Below, piece by piece: positions 26,488 through 35,437 of a stretch of 64,000 nt of DNA. Position 1 is the first letter of the stretch, and each line of letters begins with the position of its first letter. Both the position numbers and the translations under genes were made by a program. The notes under the pieces are model-generated. The model made no database searches. It saw only the letters and a program-made list of their open reading frames with translations, and had not been told where the DNA came from. Origin of the DNA: a virus (Duplodnaviria; Heunggongvirae; Uroviricota; Caudoviricetes); IMG/VR virus record IMGVR_UViG_3300048813_000140, positions 50,702-114,701 of that record; one strand, written 5' to 3'.

Positions 26488-26649
26488 GTGATAAATGCAA
26501 CCATGTGTGGTGTAGAGTTTGGAAGGCCGCAAAGGGTTATAAAGAATCGTTTTTCTGCAAGTTATGCTGGAAAGAGAAGGATGTATGATAATAGTATTGC
26601 TTATAATCATTATTTTGATAATAATCTAACACAAACTAGGAGAATAACA

Positions 26650-26820
26650 TGACAAAACAAGAAAAAATCACCGCACTCAACGTATACGCAGAAGGACTCA
26701 AACGACGGCTAGCTGGCGATGTACCGCCAAGACATCAGAAGGCTCCACATGCATTTAAACAGATGCTGGAGATTGATCTCAAAAAGACACTAGCAGACAT
26801 CGAAAAGCTGCGAGCCTAAA
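26650..26820 (+). CDS. hypothetical protein (56 aa)
   Basis: RBS CTAGGAGAATAACATG. Confidence 0.4.
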
Positions 26821-26965
26821 GTGAAAAGCCAATTTTACGTAGCAGGGATGCTACAGCAGGCACGACGAGAATTAAGAAATGTATCTTGGTGGCAATTCAG
26901 TAAAAAGGCCAGAATCAAGACATGGATCGAAGTCTGCGAAATCGTTCTAGACTTGGAGTGGTACA

Positions 26966-27166
26966 ATGAATAAGTATTTAGTCACAATGAGATCAGGAGG
27001 TACAGGAAGTACTCACAATAGTGGTATCAAACAATATGAGGTATGGGCCGATGGATTCAATGTCAATACGCTCATAACTTTTTACGTAAAAGATATAGAC
27101 CCAGTCTTTTGGGTATCTCCTATCAACTTACTGTCGATAGAACTGATACAAACTAGTAAGCGTTAA
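26966..27166 (+). CDS. hypothetical protein (66 aa)
   Basis: ORF track. Its stop overlaps the stop of the convergent minus-strand gene (gcgTTAAcc). Confidence 0.45.
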   Translation: MNKYLVTMRSGGTGSTHNSGIKQYEVWADGFNVNTLITFYVKDIDPVFWVSPINLLSIELIQTSKR

Positions 27167-27633
27167 CCTTCAGAGTCCTGCTTTGAAAGATAGGCAAGGT
27201 TTACGAACCCCTCAGTGGGCAGATTTGGATCTTGCCTAGGCAGCTCCGTGAGAATTGTTTTTTTGATAGGAGTCGGAACAGGCTTACCCTCTTTAAGGCG
27301 TAGGCGTTCCGCTTCGTTAGCGCGTCTGACGAACTCACGTATCTCTAGCTCTTTAGCTGAATCGTAGTTAGGGTCTTCGATGGTATAGATCATGTCCATC
27401 AGTTCTTCTAAGTCTTCTTCGATATCCACAGCTTCCATTTGGTCTTCAAACAGCGTAGATAGTACAAACTCTGGAGACATTTCAAGGACTTGCTCGTAGG
27501 GAGTATGGAATATCTTAGAGTACTTTCGACAGTAAGATCTCCATCGGTACTCAATGGTAGGAACGAGTCGTAAAGCTATTGACTCGGCGTGACAGACTTC
27601 TACAATGTCTAATAACTGTAATGTGTCAGCCAC
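27163..27633 (-). CDS. acidic hypothetical protein (156 aa), second gene of a minus-strand pair
   Basis: ORF track. Translationally coupled to 27633-28121. Confidence 0.6.
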   Translation of the reverse strand: MADTLQLLDIVEVCHAESIALRLVPTIEYRWRSYCRKYSKIFHTPYEQVLEMSPEFVLSTLFEDQMEAVDIEEDLEELMDMIYTIEDPNYDSAKELEIREFVRRANEAERLRLKEGKPVPTPIKKTILTELPRQDPNLPTEGFVNLAYLSKQDSEG

Positions 27634-28121
27634 TAGTCCTCTTGATTAGCTTTCTCGTCAGCTTCATCTTGTTCTTTTTGTTTCTTAAGGATAGCTTCAT
27701 GTGCTTTTCTAGCTTTATCTATTGCATTTAACTTACGTTTTACGATATCTTGCTTATAGATAGCTTCTGCGTCAAATGCGGCATTCAATATCACTGAAAT
27801 AACCTCTTCATCCGAAATATTGCCAGATATAAAACCAGAAGAATCTGCAGTTGACCAAAATGGTGGAGCAGAAATTATTCTAAATTTTAATTGACACAAT
27901 GCAAATGCAAGGAAACGTTCACTTTCTCCGGCAAGGGCCAAATTGGCCCCAAGGAGTTCCCTCTCCTCACGCCCTGCTGCTATTTTCTGTAATGGGGTAA
28001 GGAATGTCTTAAACTTGAACGTTCCAATGTAGGTGCCATTGATGTTGCCTACCGTGTTGATTTCCCAGGTAGCGGTAGATCCTTCAATCCTAATATCTTC
28101 TCGTACGATTTCGTCTGCCAT
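27633..28121 (-). CDS. hypothetical protein (162 aa), first gene of a minus-strand pair
   Basis: ORF track. Palindromes lie upstream (28165-28195). Confidence 0.6.
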   Translation of the reverse strand: MADEIVREDIRIEGSTATWEINTVGNINGTYIGTFKFKTFLTPLQKIAAGREERELLGANLALAGESERFLAFALCQLKFRIISAPPFWSTADSSGFISGNISDEEVISVILNAAFDAEAIYKQDIVKRKLNAIDKARKAHEAILKKQKEQDEADEKANQED

Positions 28122-28164
28122 TTTCTACCCTTTTTGTAAAAATTTCAAAATTCACTATATAGTC

Positions 28165-28195
28165 ACCCACTAAGTCTTCGACCTCGAAGAGGTCC
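28165..28195. promoter_or_regulatory. Overlapping perfect palindromes CTTCGACCTCGAAG and GACCTCGAAGAGGTC, upstream of the minus-strand gene pair
   Basis: 14-bp and 15-bp perfect inverted repeats sharing a core. Operator-like. Confidence 0.4.
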
Positions 28196-28228
28196 GAAGC
28201 GTAGCTTAACAAAATATTTCGTTACCCT

Positions 28229-28326
28229 TTTATATCATAAGAAGAACAAATAAAAAGACTAAAAAGATGAAAAAACTAAAAATAAATTGTTTTTTGGCTC
28301 AAAATATTAAGAACAAATGAAGAAAT
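28229..28326 (+). repeat. AT-rich intergenic element, copy 2 (see 9079-9176)
   Basis: 46-bp exact match plus a second near-identical block. Confidence 0.6.
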
Positions 28327-28347
28327 TCCAATTTTTCAATTTTTCTC

Positions 28348-28375
28348 TTGCACATTTTACAAAATGTGGTAAAAT
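28348..28375 (+). promoter_or_regulatory. sigma-70-like promoter TTGCAC-N16-TAAAAT with the palindrome CACATTTTacAAAATGTG in the spacer
   Basis: Good -35 and -10 hexamers at the correct spacing, about 18 nt upstream of the GGAGG RBS of gene 28393. An 8-bp-arm inverted repeat overlaps the spacer (operator-like). Confidence 0.55.
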
Positions 28376-28392
28376 AGGGTCTGGAGGTTCAA

Positions 28393-28662
28393 ATGCTACA
28401 AGAATCCAAGAAAATCCTGGGATACACTTTACATGAAAAACGTACACACTGGGAACTGCAGACGCCTAACTTGGTTGTTCATGGCTCCCTAACCAAGATA
28501 AAGAAGCTTGCCGTAGAAACTCTGGGATTTTCTTCAGATGAGTTTGATCTCGGAGTTCTTACGATGAATGAACATTTCCACAACAGCGCCGAATTTGGAT
28601 TCCAGAAACGATTTATTTACTCTTTTGATCAAGAAGAGCATGATATAAGCGTTAGGAATTGA
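28393..28662 (+). CDS. hypothetical protein (89 aa)
   Basis: RBS TCTGGAGGTTCAAATG. Confidence 0.6.
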   Translation: MLQESKKILGYTLHEKRTHWELQTPNLVVHGSLTKIKKLAVETLGFSSDEFDLGVLTMNEHFHNSAEFGFQKRFIYSFDQEEHDISVRN

Positions 28663-28663
28663 T

Positions 28664-29161
28664 ATGAATAGGGCAGAACGACGTAAGCAAGCCAAGCTGG
28701 AGAAAAAGATGCGTAAAACAGGTGAAATACCTGAAGGATTGAGCCTAAACACTATCGCGGCATGGAAAGCTCAATATCAAAAGCAACATCCAAAAGAAGA
28801 AGAAAATAGCGGAGAGTGGCACGCTTACAGTTGTCCAAAACCAGACCCAGAACCAAGGGAGCCAGAAGTTCCAGGAATCAACGCACCGCCCGTAGATCCT
28901 GAGTTTGAAGCCAGAGTAAATCGTAATTCTTGGCATAATAGGGAAGAACTGGCAGCATTCATGGATCTTATATGGAATCAGTCTGATGAAGAGTCCTTAA
29001 CTAACGAATGGTCTTGGTCCAGGAATTGGGATTGTAAGTATGTAGATATTCGATTCGATATGCGTGATGGCGGTTTTACGGTGCGTAATAGAGAAGGCAA
29101 ACGAATTAGTTTGGAACAATTGAAATGGCAATATAAATCCTTGCCAAAGGAGACGACATGA
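28664..29161 (+). CDS. hypothetical protein (165 aa)
   Basis: ORF track. Confidence 0.65.
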   Translation: MNRAERRKQAKLEKKMRKTGEIPEGLSLNTIAAWKAQYQKQHPKEEENSGEWHAYSCPKPDPEPREPEVPGINAPPVDPEFEARVNRNSWHNREELAAFMDLIWNQSDEESLTNEWSWSRNWDCKYVDIRFDMRDGGFTVRNREGKRISLEQLKWQYKSLPKETT

Positions 29162-29400
29162 GTCAAGAGTTAATCGATAGGGCTAATCGGCTTTTGTTGA
29201 ATACAGACAAAGAGTTCTATAAAAATCAATCCAATACCGTAATCCGACTTTTAGTAAAAGAACTTGTAACTAGGTTACCAAAAGTCGCAGATACTCACGA
29301 GAGCCTGTTAAGAGAGATGCTAATTAGTTACAATGATCATGGGGTAAATCTTGAAGAAACTGCTAATTTTATGAAAAGAGCTAAGGAGTTATTAAAATGA
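29158..29400 (+). CDS. hypothetical protein (80 aa)
   Basis: ATGA coupling. Confidence 0.5.
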   Translation: MSQELIDRANRLLLNTDKEFYKNQSNTVIRLLVKELVTRLPKVADTHESLLREMLISYNDHGVNLEETANFMKRAKELLK

Positions 29401-29627
29401 CCATACAAGAATACAGAGACAAGTTGGCTGAGGAGTATGACTCAAAATCCAAGCGAGAATGTTTTCAAGATGGCTTCGACGCAGCGGCTGAGCACATTGA
29501 GAAACTTGAGAAGGTTTTGGATCTTTACGCAGATCAAAAGTGCCTTTGGCTTGAGGTTGAAGATGTGCTCGCCGCACTTCCATGGCGCATCAATCCCGGT
29601 CGGGAATTTATGAGGCAAAGCAAATGA
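29397..29627 (+). CDS. hypothetical protein (76 aa)
   Basis: ATGA coupling. Confidence 0.5.
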   Translation: MTIQEYRDKLAEEYDSKSKRECFQDGFDAAAEHIEKLEKVLDLYADQKCLWLEVEDVLAALPWRINPGREFMRQSK

Positions 29628-29899
29628 GCAAAGTCAGAGACGATATGGCTGATAAATATATCGAAGAACAAGAAGAGGTCGGATACATTGCTGAAGCCAT
29701 TGTTAAATGGGCATATGTAGAAGCTTGGGACGAATGCTTGAGATCTGAGCCGAGAGTGTTGGCGCTGGTCGAGGCTTTGGAGTTGTTACCTTGCTTGGTA
29801 ATAAAAACAAGCGGTGGTTTTGGAGACGCGGATAAAATAAAACATTCTCATGACTGTTTAAAATGCAAGGCACTCGCAGCGTTCAAGGAGGGGAAATGA
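29625..29899 (+). CDS. hypothetical protein (91 aa; the track frame starts at 29582)
   Basis: The ATG at 29625 overlaps the upstream stop. Confidence 0.5.
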
Positions 29900-29966
29900 C
29901 CGCACTTCAAACTTTGATTCAAGCGTTGAGAGAGGCGAGGGAGAAAACTGATGAGGAGAAAATACA

Positions 29967-30185
29967 ATGAGCGATGAGGAGGAAACAATGATAAAGCGAG
30001 TCTCAAGGATGCAGGTCAAATTTAGAGTTATGTATTATAACTCGGTTCAAAACAAATACACTATAATGTTTTCCTCAGACGACTATTCTTCGTGTGAGGC
30101 TTTTTGTTGGGATTATACGGGTCCAGGCGAATTGGAAATTGTTAAGGTTTGGGTGCAAAAGCCAACGGCGGTTATAGATGATTAA
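29967..30185 (+). CDS. hypothetical protein (72 aa)
   Basis: ORF track. Confidence 0.45.
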   Translation: MSDEEETMIKRVSRMQVKFRVMYYNSVQNKYTIMFSSDDYSSCEAFCWDYTGPGELEIVKVWVQKPTAVIDD

Positions 30186-30206
30186 AAAGATTACAGAGAG
30201 GAATTT

Positions 30207-30431
30207 ATGAGTTTTTGGTTATTAGAAGAAAAACGGCGACCCTTGTTTCTTGGTGTTTCCTGTGGCCGGTTCAAGTATTCAGTCGGGCTTGAAGAAGCCT
30301 TGAAATTCTTCTCGAAAGAAGATGCGGAGAATTTTGCTATTGCCATGGATGATGTTTTAAAAGCAGAAACCGACCCGTTGCTAAAGCACTATGGCGCGGT
30401 AGAACATATGTTTATGGACGCAAACACATGA
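30207..30431 (+). CDS. hypothetical protein (74 aa)
   Basis: RBS AGAGAGGAATTTATG. Confidence 0.5.
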   Translation: MSFWLLEEKRRPLFLGVSCGRFKYSVGLEEALKFFSKEDAENFAIAMDDVLKAETDPLLKHYGAVEHMFMDANT

Positions 30432-30634
30432 CGCAAGACAGATTGAAAGAAATGTGGTGCTCCTTAAATGCTTGGGCCACTCCTCAAGAGTTTCCAAGAC
30501 ATTTATCTGAATCTGAAATATCAGGAGCTCTTTTGGCCATAGGCCTCATGTTTAAATATAGCGATTTGATGAGCACATGGAACAAGAAAATTGATTGGAA
30601 AAATTATAAAACTAAAAAAGGAAAAGATTTATGA
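30428..30634 (+). CDS. hypothetical protein (68 aa)
   Basis: ATGA coupling. Confidence 0.45.
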   Translation: MTQDRLKEMWCSLNAWATPQEFPRHLSESEISGALLAIGLMFKYSDLMSTWNKKIDWKNYKTKKGKDL

Positions 30635-30643
30635 AGGGAATTT

Positions 30644-30922
30644 ATGAGCAAAGATTGGAATGAAGTAGATCAGGCTAATTTAAACGCGGCCGGTAAGTTA
30701 TATGAAGCCAACGCCATGCGCTTTAGTGCTGAACAAAATGACAACTATGAACGTGGCAGACCGTCGAATATTTACCGACCCGTTTTATCAATAGACGGAA
30801 ACCAATGGTGCGCTTTGTATGGGAAAAACTTAATGGAAGGTGTTGCCGGTTTTGGGGATAGCCCCGCTGAGGCATACCTCGATTTCGATAAACAATGGAC
30901 TGAGAAGCTACCAATTCTATAG
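30644..30922 (+). CDS. hypothetical protein (92 aa)
   Basis: RBS AAGGGAATTTATG. Confidence 0.5.
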   Translation: MSKDWNEVDQANLNAAGKLYEANAMRFSAEQNDNYERGRPSNIYRPVLSIDGNQWCALYGKNLMEGVAGFGDSPAEAYLDFDKQWTEKLPIL

Positions 30923-30938
30923 GCAGGGAATGCGAGAT

Positions 30939-31085
30939 ATGATTCCTATTGTTTTGGAATTAACCAAATATTTAGATCATTTAGCATTTAAGTGCAGTTG
31001 TAATAATGTAAAGAAAGATATGCAGTGTTCTGCCATGGCCAAAGAAGCCTTGGATAAATTGGATAAAATGTTGGAGGAAAAATGA
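30939..31085 (+). CDS. hypothetical protein (48 aa; the track frame starts at 30840)
   Basis: The ATG at 30939 follows a GGGAATG context. Confidence 0.35.
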   Translation: MIPIVLELTKYLDHLAFKCSCNNVKKDMQCSAMAKEALDKLDKMLEEK

Positions 31086-31351
31086 CAGAAGAAGAAACAA
31101 AGGTACTAGATGAAGCTTATGAAGTGGGCTGTGAAGCTGAACAAGCGCTAGCTGATGATATCATATCGAAGATCGGCGAAAATGAAGTCAATAAGCTTGA
31201 TGTAGCCTTTCAGGGAGCCTATGCCCAATTTACGGGACGTATGCTTCGGTTCTTTCCTAAGGAATTACTGATAGATATGATCAATGATATTGATGCTGGA
31301 CTTGTTGGCGATAGTACGATAGAATACACAGACAAAGAAGATATGAACTAA
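31082..31351 (+). CDS. acidic hypothetical protein (89 aa)
   Basis: ATGA coupling. Confidence 0.5.
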   Translation: MTEEETKVLDEAYEVGCEAEQALADDIISKIGENEVNKLDVAFQGAYAQFTGRMLRFFPKELLIDMINDIDAGLVGDSTIEYTDKEDMN

Positions 31352-31376
31352 ACCGCCGTAAGGCATAGGAGAAGTT

Positions 31377-31616
31377 GTGAGTAGATTTGATTATGTGAAG
31401 TATGATGATGAGGCAATTCAGCTACAAGCTGCGTTTAAGGGAAACCTACAGTCCGTTGAGGGCTTTATTGAGGCTTCACTTATGTCGCCAAGAGCTAAGG
31501 CTCTTGCGTTGACCAAGCTTGAAGAAGCTTATATGTGGATAGGTAAAGCTATTCGCGACGATCAGATTGCTAGGAACGAAAAAACTGAATTACAAGAAGA
31601 AAGAGGACAATTATGA
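31377..31616 (+). CDS. hypothetical protein (79 aa, GTG start)
   Basis: RBS TAGGAGAAGTTGTG. Confidence 0.45.
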   Translation: MSRFDYVKYDDEAIQLQAAFKGNLQSVEGFIEASLMSPRAKALALTKLEEAYMWIGKAIRDDQIARNEKTELQEERGQL

Positions 31617-32416
31617 AAATGTTGCTATTGGCCCTTATGGGCATTACGATGATTGGCTGTTCTGTTATCCAACCTGGAGAGTCAGGGGTGGTCTTTAATC
31701 GCATTACTGGCGGATTACATACGGAATCGCAAGGAACCATCTTCGTCATTCCTGGAGTCACTACAGTCGAACCATACCCTATCTCCCTGCGGACTTACAC
31801 AATGGTACAACGTGAAGGTGAAGGATCTTCCAAGACAGATGACAGTATCGATCTCCCAAGTAAGGAAGGTCAGCACATTCGTCAAGATATTTCAATTACT
31901 TACAATACTTCCCCAGATAAAGCTGCCGATGTATATAAGTCGTTCAATGGCCAGGACATTGCTGATATCGAGAATAGTTTTATCCGCCGAACCACTATCA
32001 CGGTGGCCCAGACTGCTGCTGGAACCATGTCGTTGACAGAGTTGATCTCGACACGTCGCGATGAATTGCAGCAAGCTATTCAGGTTAAGCTAGCAGAAGA
32101 ATTAGCTAAACGTGGATTTATCCTTGACAAGGTAAACCTTGGTGCAGCACATTTGCCCCCTTCAGTTGAACAACAGATGCAAGCAAAGATGGCAGCTCAG
32201 CAAGACGCTCAACGAGCTGAATACGAATTGATCAAACAAGGCACACTAGCTAAAGCACGAGTAGCTGAAGCTGAAGGTATTGCCAAGGCCAACCAAATCA
32301 TGCAACAATCGTTGACACCCGCTGTATTGGAAAAGATGAAGCTTGAAAAATGGGATGGTGCCCTTCCTACCTATCAAGGTACTGGCGGCGGCATCATGTT
32401 GAATCTGAATAAGTAG
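31613..32416 (+). CDS. SPFH/band-7 (stomatin/prohibitin/HflKC-like) domain lipoprotein (267 aa)
   Basis: Lipoprotein signal MKMLLLALMGITMIGCS. An SPFH core (…ISITYNTSPDKAADVYKSF…LTELISTRRDELQQAIQVKLAEELAKRGFILDKVNLGAAHLPP) is followed by an Ala/Gln-rich coiled coil (QAKMAAQQDAQRAEYELIKQGTLAKARVAEAEGIAKANQIM). Confidence 0.8.
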   Translation: MKMLLLALMGITMIGCSVIQPGESGVVFNRITGGLHTESQGTIFVIPGVTTVEPYPISLRTYTMVQREGEGSSKTDDSIDLPSKEGQHIRQDISITYNTSPDKAADVYKSFNGQDIADIENSFIRRTTITVAQTAAGTMSLTELISTRRDELQQAIQVKLAEELAKRGFILDKVNLGAAHLPPSVEQQMQAKMAAQQDAQRAEYELIKQGTLAKARVAEAEGIAKANQIMQQSLTPAVLEKMKLEKWDGALPTYQGTGGGIMLNLNK

Positions 32417-32426
32417 GAGAATTTTA

Positions 32427-32516
32427 TGAGCACCTACGAGTTTATGGGTAACCACCCAGTATTGACATTCTTTTTGGCTTACTTGGTGGCCGCCATATTG
32501 TCAAATATTTTTTAGA
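32427..32516 (+). CDS. small hydrophobic peptide (29 aa) immediately after the SPFH gene
   Basis: RBS TAGGAGAATTTTATG. Single TM helix. Under 60 aa. Confidence 0.3.
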
Positions 32517-32557
32517 AACAAGAAAATTTGCAGTAAATGCAAAAGAAAGTGGGAAGA

Positions 32558-32857
32558 ATGAGCAAACAAAACGCACATCTAGATAACTGGTCAGTTATGG
32601 GATTCTCAACAAGTCCATATGCTGCCCCGGAACAAGCTTCATTGGGATTGGTAGGTACCGTAAAGGGTCATCCCTTGTTGGCTGATGATACAGTAGTTCA
32701 CACATCTGAAGTTAAGATGATTAGCTACAAGAAGAAGCTTGCTGTGACCAGAAATACGATCTATACCCTTGGCGAGCCAGACGCAGATTTCGTTAGGTTC
32801 TTAGCCGAAGGTGGCCATAACATCGAAGATTATGAATTCGGGAAAATGGATCAATAA
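32558..32857 (+). CDS. hypothetical protein (99 aa; the track frame starts at 32537)
   Basis: ORF track. The internal ATG has a GGGAAGA RBS. Confidence 0.5.
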   Translation: MSKQNAHLDNWSVMGFSTSPYAAPEQASLGLVGTVKGHPLLADDTVVHTSEVKMISYKKKLAVTRNTIYTLGEPDADFVRFLAEGGHNIEDYEFGKMDQ

Positions 32858-33054
32858 TGGAATTCGTACTCTCAGACGAACAACAACAAAAGGTAGCAGA
32901 CTGGATGGATTCTCTTCCAGAGACCGAATCTGTGGGAGCCATAGGTGGCAGATATCAGTTTGTTTTTACGCCAAATTCATTGGGGTGCAGCATTGTAGTT
33001 CTAGATCTGTGCTCAGATAGACAGCTAGACGTAACAGATTTTGATAGCTGGTGA
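32857..33054 (+). CDS. hypothetical protein (65 aa)
   Basis: ATAATGG overlap. Confidence 0.45.
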   Translation: MEFVLSDEQQQKVADWMDSLPETESVGAIGGRYQFVFTPNSLGCSIVVLDLCSDRQLDVTDFDSW

Positions 33055-33432
33055 TTACTTGTCTATTAATTTAGACAGTAGATTAACTAAGCTAGCGTTT
33101 TGATTACGTAACTCATCGCGCAGAATCTCTATGCGTTGACCAATATTCTTCAATTCCATTGCATGAGACTCTTTTAAGTAATCGATATCTTTATCGATAT
33201 TGGTTTTTAGATTTACAAACTGGGCAGATAATGCCTCAATTTTGGATTCCAACTCTGCTTTTACCGTAGAGTCAGCTTCCTTAGCGGCTTGTAGGATCTT
33301 GGCAGATTCTTCTTCTCTAGACTTTTTTGTACTTTTTACAATTTTCTGGTAAATATGATACAAAGTCGCCATAGCGATTAGGGAGCCTACTGGGACCATA
33401 GTATTCATCAGAGACAGATCTGGTATTTCCAT
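33055..33432 (-). CDS. membrane-anchored coiled-coil protein (125 aa) downstream of the HNH gene
   Basis: The N-terminal TM (MVPVGSLIAMATLYHIY) is followed by a long heptad-rich helix. Confidence 0.55.
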   Translation of the reverse strand: MEIPDLSLMNTMVPVGSLIAMATLYHIYQKIVKSTKKSREEESAKILQAAKEADSTVKAELESKIEALSAQFVNLKTNIDKDIDYLKESHAMELKNIGQRIEILRDELRNQNASLVNLLSKLIDK

Positions 33433-33447
33433 GTAATAAAGATTGCT

Positions 33448-34098
33448 TTAGACTTTTAAGGACTTATTATCTTCTATTGTTTTGGAAATATGGTCTTCTT
33501 GCCATAAAGGTTGTAGGTTGGTGTAATGACAAGCTTTCAATAGTTCTTCTCTGTTGGTTAGGTCAAATTTCGCTAGCGGAATTATATGGTCTATGTGCCA
33601 TCCAAAAACTCCTCTATTTCCCCAAGACATAACTTCTCCTGTTGCGGGATTAGGATAAAACAAAGATTCTAAATGAGCCATAAATTCTTGTGGAGTACAT
33701 CCTAGGTCTCTTACGGCAGATCCGGCCTTAAACCCTCCAGTTATTACCTTGGATAGTCTGGTTCTCAAATTTGCACATAACGCAAATATAGGATCTTTCT
33801 TACGCCTTATTTTGCATGATTCATTCTGACGCTTAGAGTTACGTTCTTTGTTTCTTTCTTTGTACGATTTTACTTTAGTTTCCTTATGCTTTATCCACCA
33901 GGCACTCTTCTGGGTAGAAATTTTATCTTTATTTAATTTTCTGTATTCCTTGTCATAATCTGCTTTTTTAGATCGTTTTTCAGCATTGTTTGTATTAGAA
34001 TTTATCTTAGAAATGCATGTTTTGCAAGTTTTACGTCTTTTATAAAAATCATTTATAGGTTTTATATCATTACATTCTTGACACTGTTTGGTTTCCAT
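33448..34098 (-). CDS. HNH homing endonuclease (free-standing), paralog of 47464-48021
   Basis: N-terminal C-x2-C...C-x2-C zinc motif, a Lys/Arg-rich middle region, and a C-terminal GWHIDHIIPLAKFDLTNREELLKACHYTNLQPLW HNH signature. Opposite strand to its neighbours. Confidence 0.8.
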   Translation of the reverse strand: METKQCQECNDIKPINDFYKRRKTCKTCISKINSNTNNAEKRSKKADYDKEYRKLNKDKISTQKSAWWIKHKETKVKSYKERNKERNSKRQNESCKIRRKKDPIFALCANLRTRLSKVITGGFKAGSAVRDLGCTPQEFMAHLESLFYPNPATGEVMSWGNRGVFGWHIDHIIPLAKFDLTNREELLKACHYTNLQPLWQEDHISKTIEDNKSLKV

Positions 34099-34111
34099 GA
34101 ATTAAAGATTG

Positions 34112-34140
34112 TTGCGCACTTCACAAAGTTGTGATATACT
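34112..34140 (+). promoter_or_regulatory. sigma-70-like promoter TTGCGC-N17-TATACT with an extended TG
   Basis: Hexamers at the correct spacing, 17 nt upstream of the GGAGAA RBS of gene 34158. Confidence 0.5.
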
Positions 34141-34157
34141 ACTAATAGGAGAACAAA

Positions 34158-34466
34158 ATGAAAGCAAAAATGTTAGAATTGATAGCCCTAATCTCAGGAA
34201 TGCGCAAGACTCTTGTAATGTTCCTTCTTATTGTCTTGGGAGTAGCCTTCCGCTTGACGAATTATATAGACGGTGGCCAGTTCGTGGATCTCCTCAAAGG
34301 GACCGTAATCGCTTTTTTCTCTGCGAATTCCATAGAGCACATTGGTGCTACCATTAAAGAATTTATTAATGCTAAGGGTCAAAAAGTAGATGAATTTACA
34401 ACAGATGAAGGCGTTAAAGTGGACGAAGTAGAAGATCAAGGAGCCACCAGTGGACCTAAACTTTAA
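34158..34466 (+). CDS. holin-like membrane protein (102 aa, 2 TM, acidic C-terminus)
   Basis: TM segments LVMFLLIVLGVAF and GTVIAFFSANSIEHIGA with a charged tail. First of a cluster of membrane or secreted proteins. Confidence 0.55.
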   Translation: MKAKMLELIALISGMRKTLVMFLLIVLGVAFRLTNYIDGGQFVDLLKGTVIAFFSANSIEHIGATIKEFINAKGQKVDEFTTDEGVKVDEVEDQGATSGPKL

Positions 34467-34752
34467 AGCTCTACTGTCAGGTGCAGGATCATTCTTTAAA
34501 GGAATCTGGGATTCTAGTAAAGGAGTCATCATTGCGATTGTCTCTATATTTCTGGTCGTAAAATATAAAGAACTTCTTATGCAATATCTAGTAGCATCAT
34601 CCAAAAAGACTGTAGACAAAGCAGAAGCCAAAAGTGATCAACTGCAGCAACAAGAGACCCAAGCCAACAATGCAGCAGATGCCTTGGTTAAGCAGGCTAG
34701 CGAATTACCAGCACTAGAACAACCTGTTTCGGCAGACTGGAACAAGAAATAA
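34450..34752 (+). CDS. membrane protein (100 aa; N-terminal TM plus Gln/Ala-rich helix)
   Basis: ORF track. Spanin- or holin-like topology (inference). Confidence 0.5.
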   Translation: MDLNFKALLSGAGSFFKGIWDSSKGVIIAIVSIFLVVKYKELLMQYLVASSKKTVDKAEAKSDQLQQQETQANNAADALVKQASELPALEQPVSADWNKK

Positions 34753-35063
34753 TGAGCTACCCAAAAACGCTTCTCATCATGGGTTTATTTGGTTGCTTTA
34801 TCTTAACAAGCAGCAGTCTCTATAGATTCCTCTATAATCATGTTCCAGTTACCCGTGAAGGCAAATGTCTTACAGTAAGTCTAGACGGTAAAGAAAAATA
34901 CAAGATTTTTGTAACTAAGAACCATCCAGTACAGGGACAATGTGAAGTTACGCTAGAAATGCCGGTAGATGGCCAAAAGTACTACTTGCCCCTGTCGGCA
35001 ACTTATGAAAATCTAAGAGACATGGATGCTACTAGGGTGGATTGCAATGAAAAAATCAATTAG
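34752..35063 (+). CDS. membrane or secreted protein (103 aa)
   Basis: N-terminal hydrophobic segment LLIMGLFGCFILTSSSL. Confidence 0.5.
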   Translation: MSYPKTLLIMGLFGCFILTSSSLYRFLYNHVPVTREGKCLTVSLDGKEKYKIFVTKNHPVQGQCEVTLEMPVDGQKYYLPLSATYENLRDMDATRVDCNEKIN

Positions 35064-35436
35064 TGCAGTATTGGGAATCATTTTTTTGGGTAACGCAGCC
35101 CTTGCTGACTGTGACTTCAGTACCATTAAGGTTAACCCAGATGGGTCCAGAACATACTCCCTAGCACAACATATCTGTGTGGGTCAAGCCGTACAGGCTA
35201 ATACCACCAAAGACTTGCAGATTCAAGATCTTACCGGCGCTGTGAATCTAAAAGATATAGCACTCAAAGCAGCCGATCAACGAGCAGATACTTGGATGAA
35301 TGCTGATCTAAAACTAGAAAGCAATATCCAGAGCATAGATAAAAATAAGAAAGATAACGAATACTTAGCTTTTGGTTTAGGAATATTGGTGACCTATCTA
35401 GCAGTAAGTGCAGCCGCAAAACTTTCAGGGAGATAG
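35047..35436 (+). CDS. secreted protein (129 aa; signal peptide MKKSISAVLGIIFLGNAALA)
   Basis: Internal ATG of track ORF 35026. A C-terminal hydrophobic anchor. Confidence 0.5.
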   Translation: MKKSISAVLGIIFLGNAALADCDFSTIKVNPDGSRTYSLAQHICVGQAVQANTTKDLQIQDLTGAVNLKDIALKAADQRADTWMNADLKLESNIQSIDKNKKDNEYLAFGLGILVTYLAVSAAAKLSGR

Positions 35437-35437
35437 T

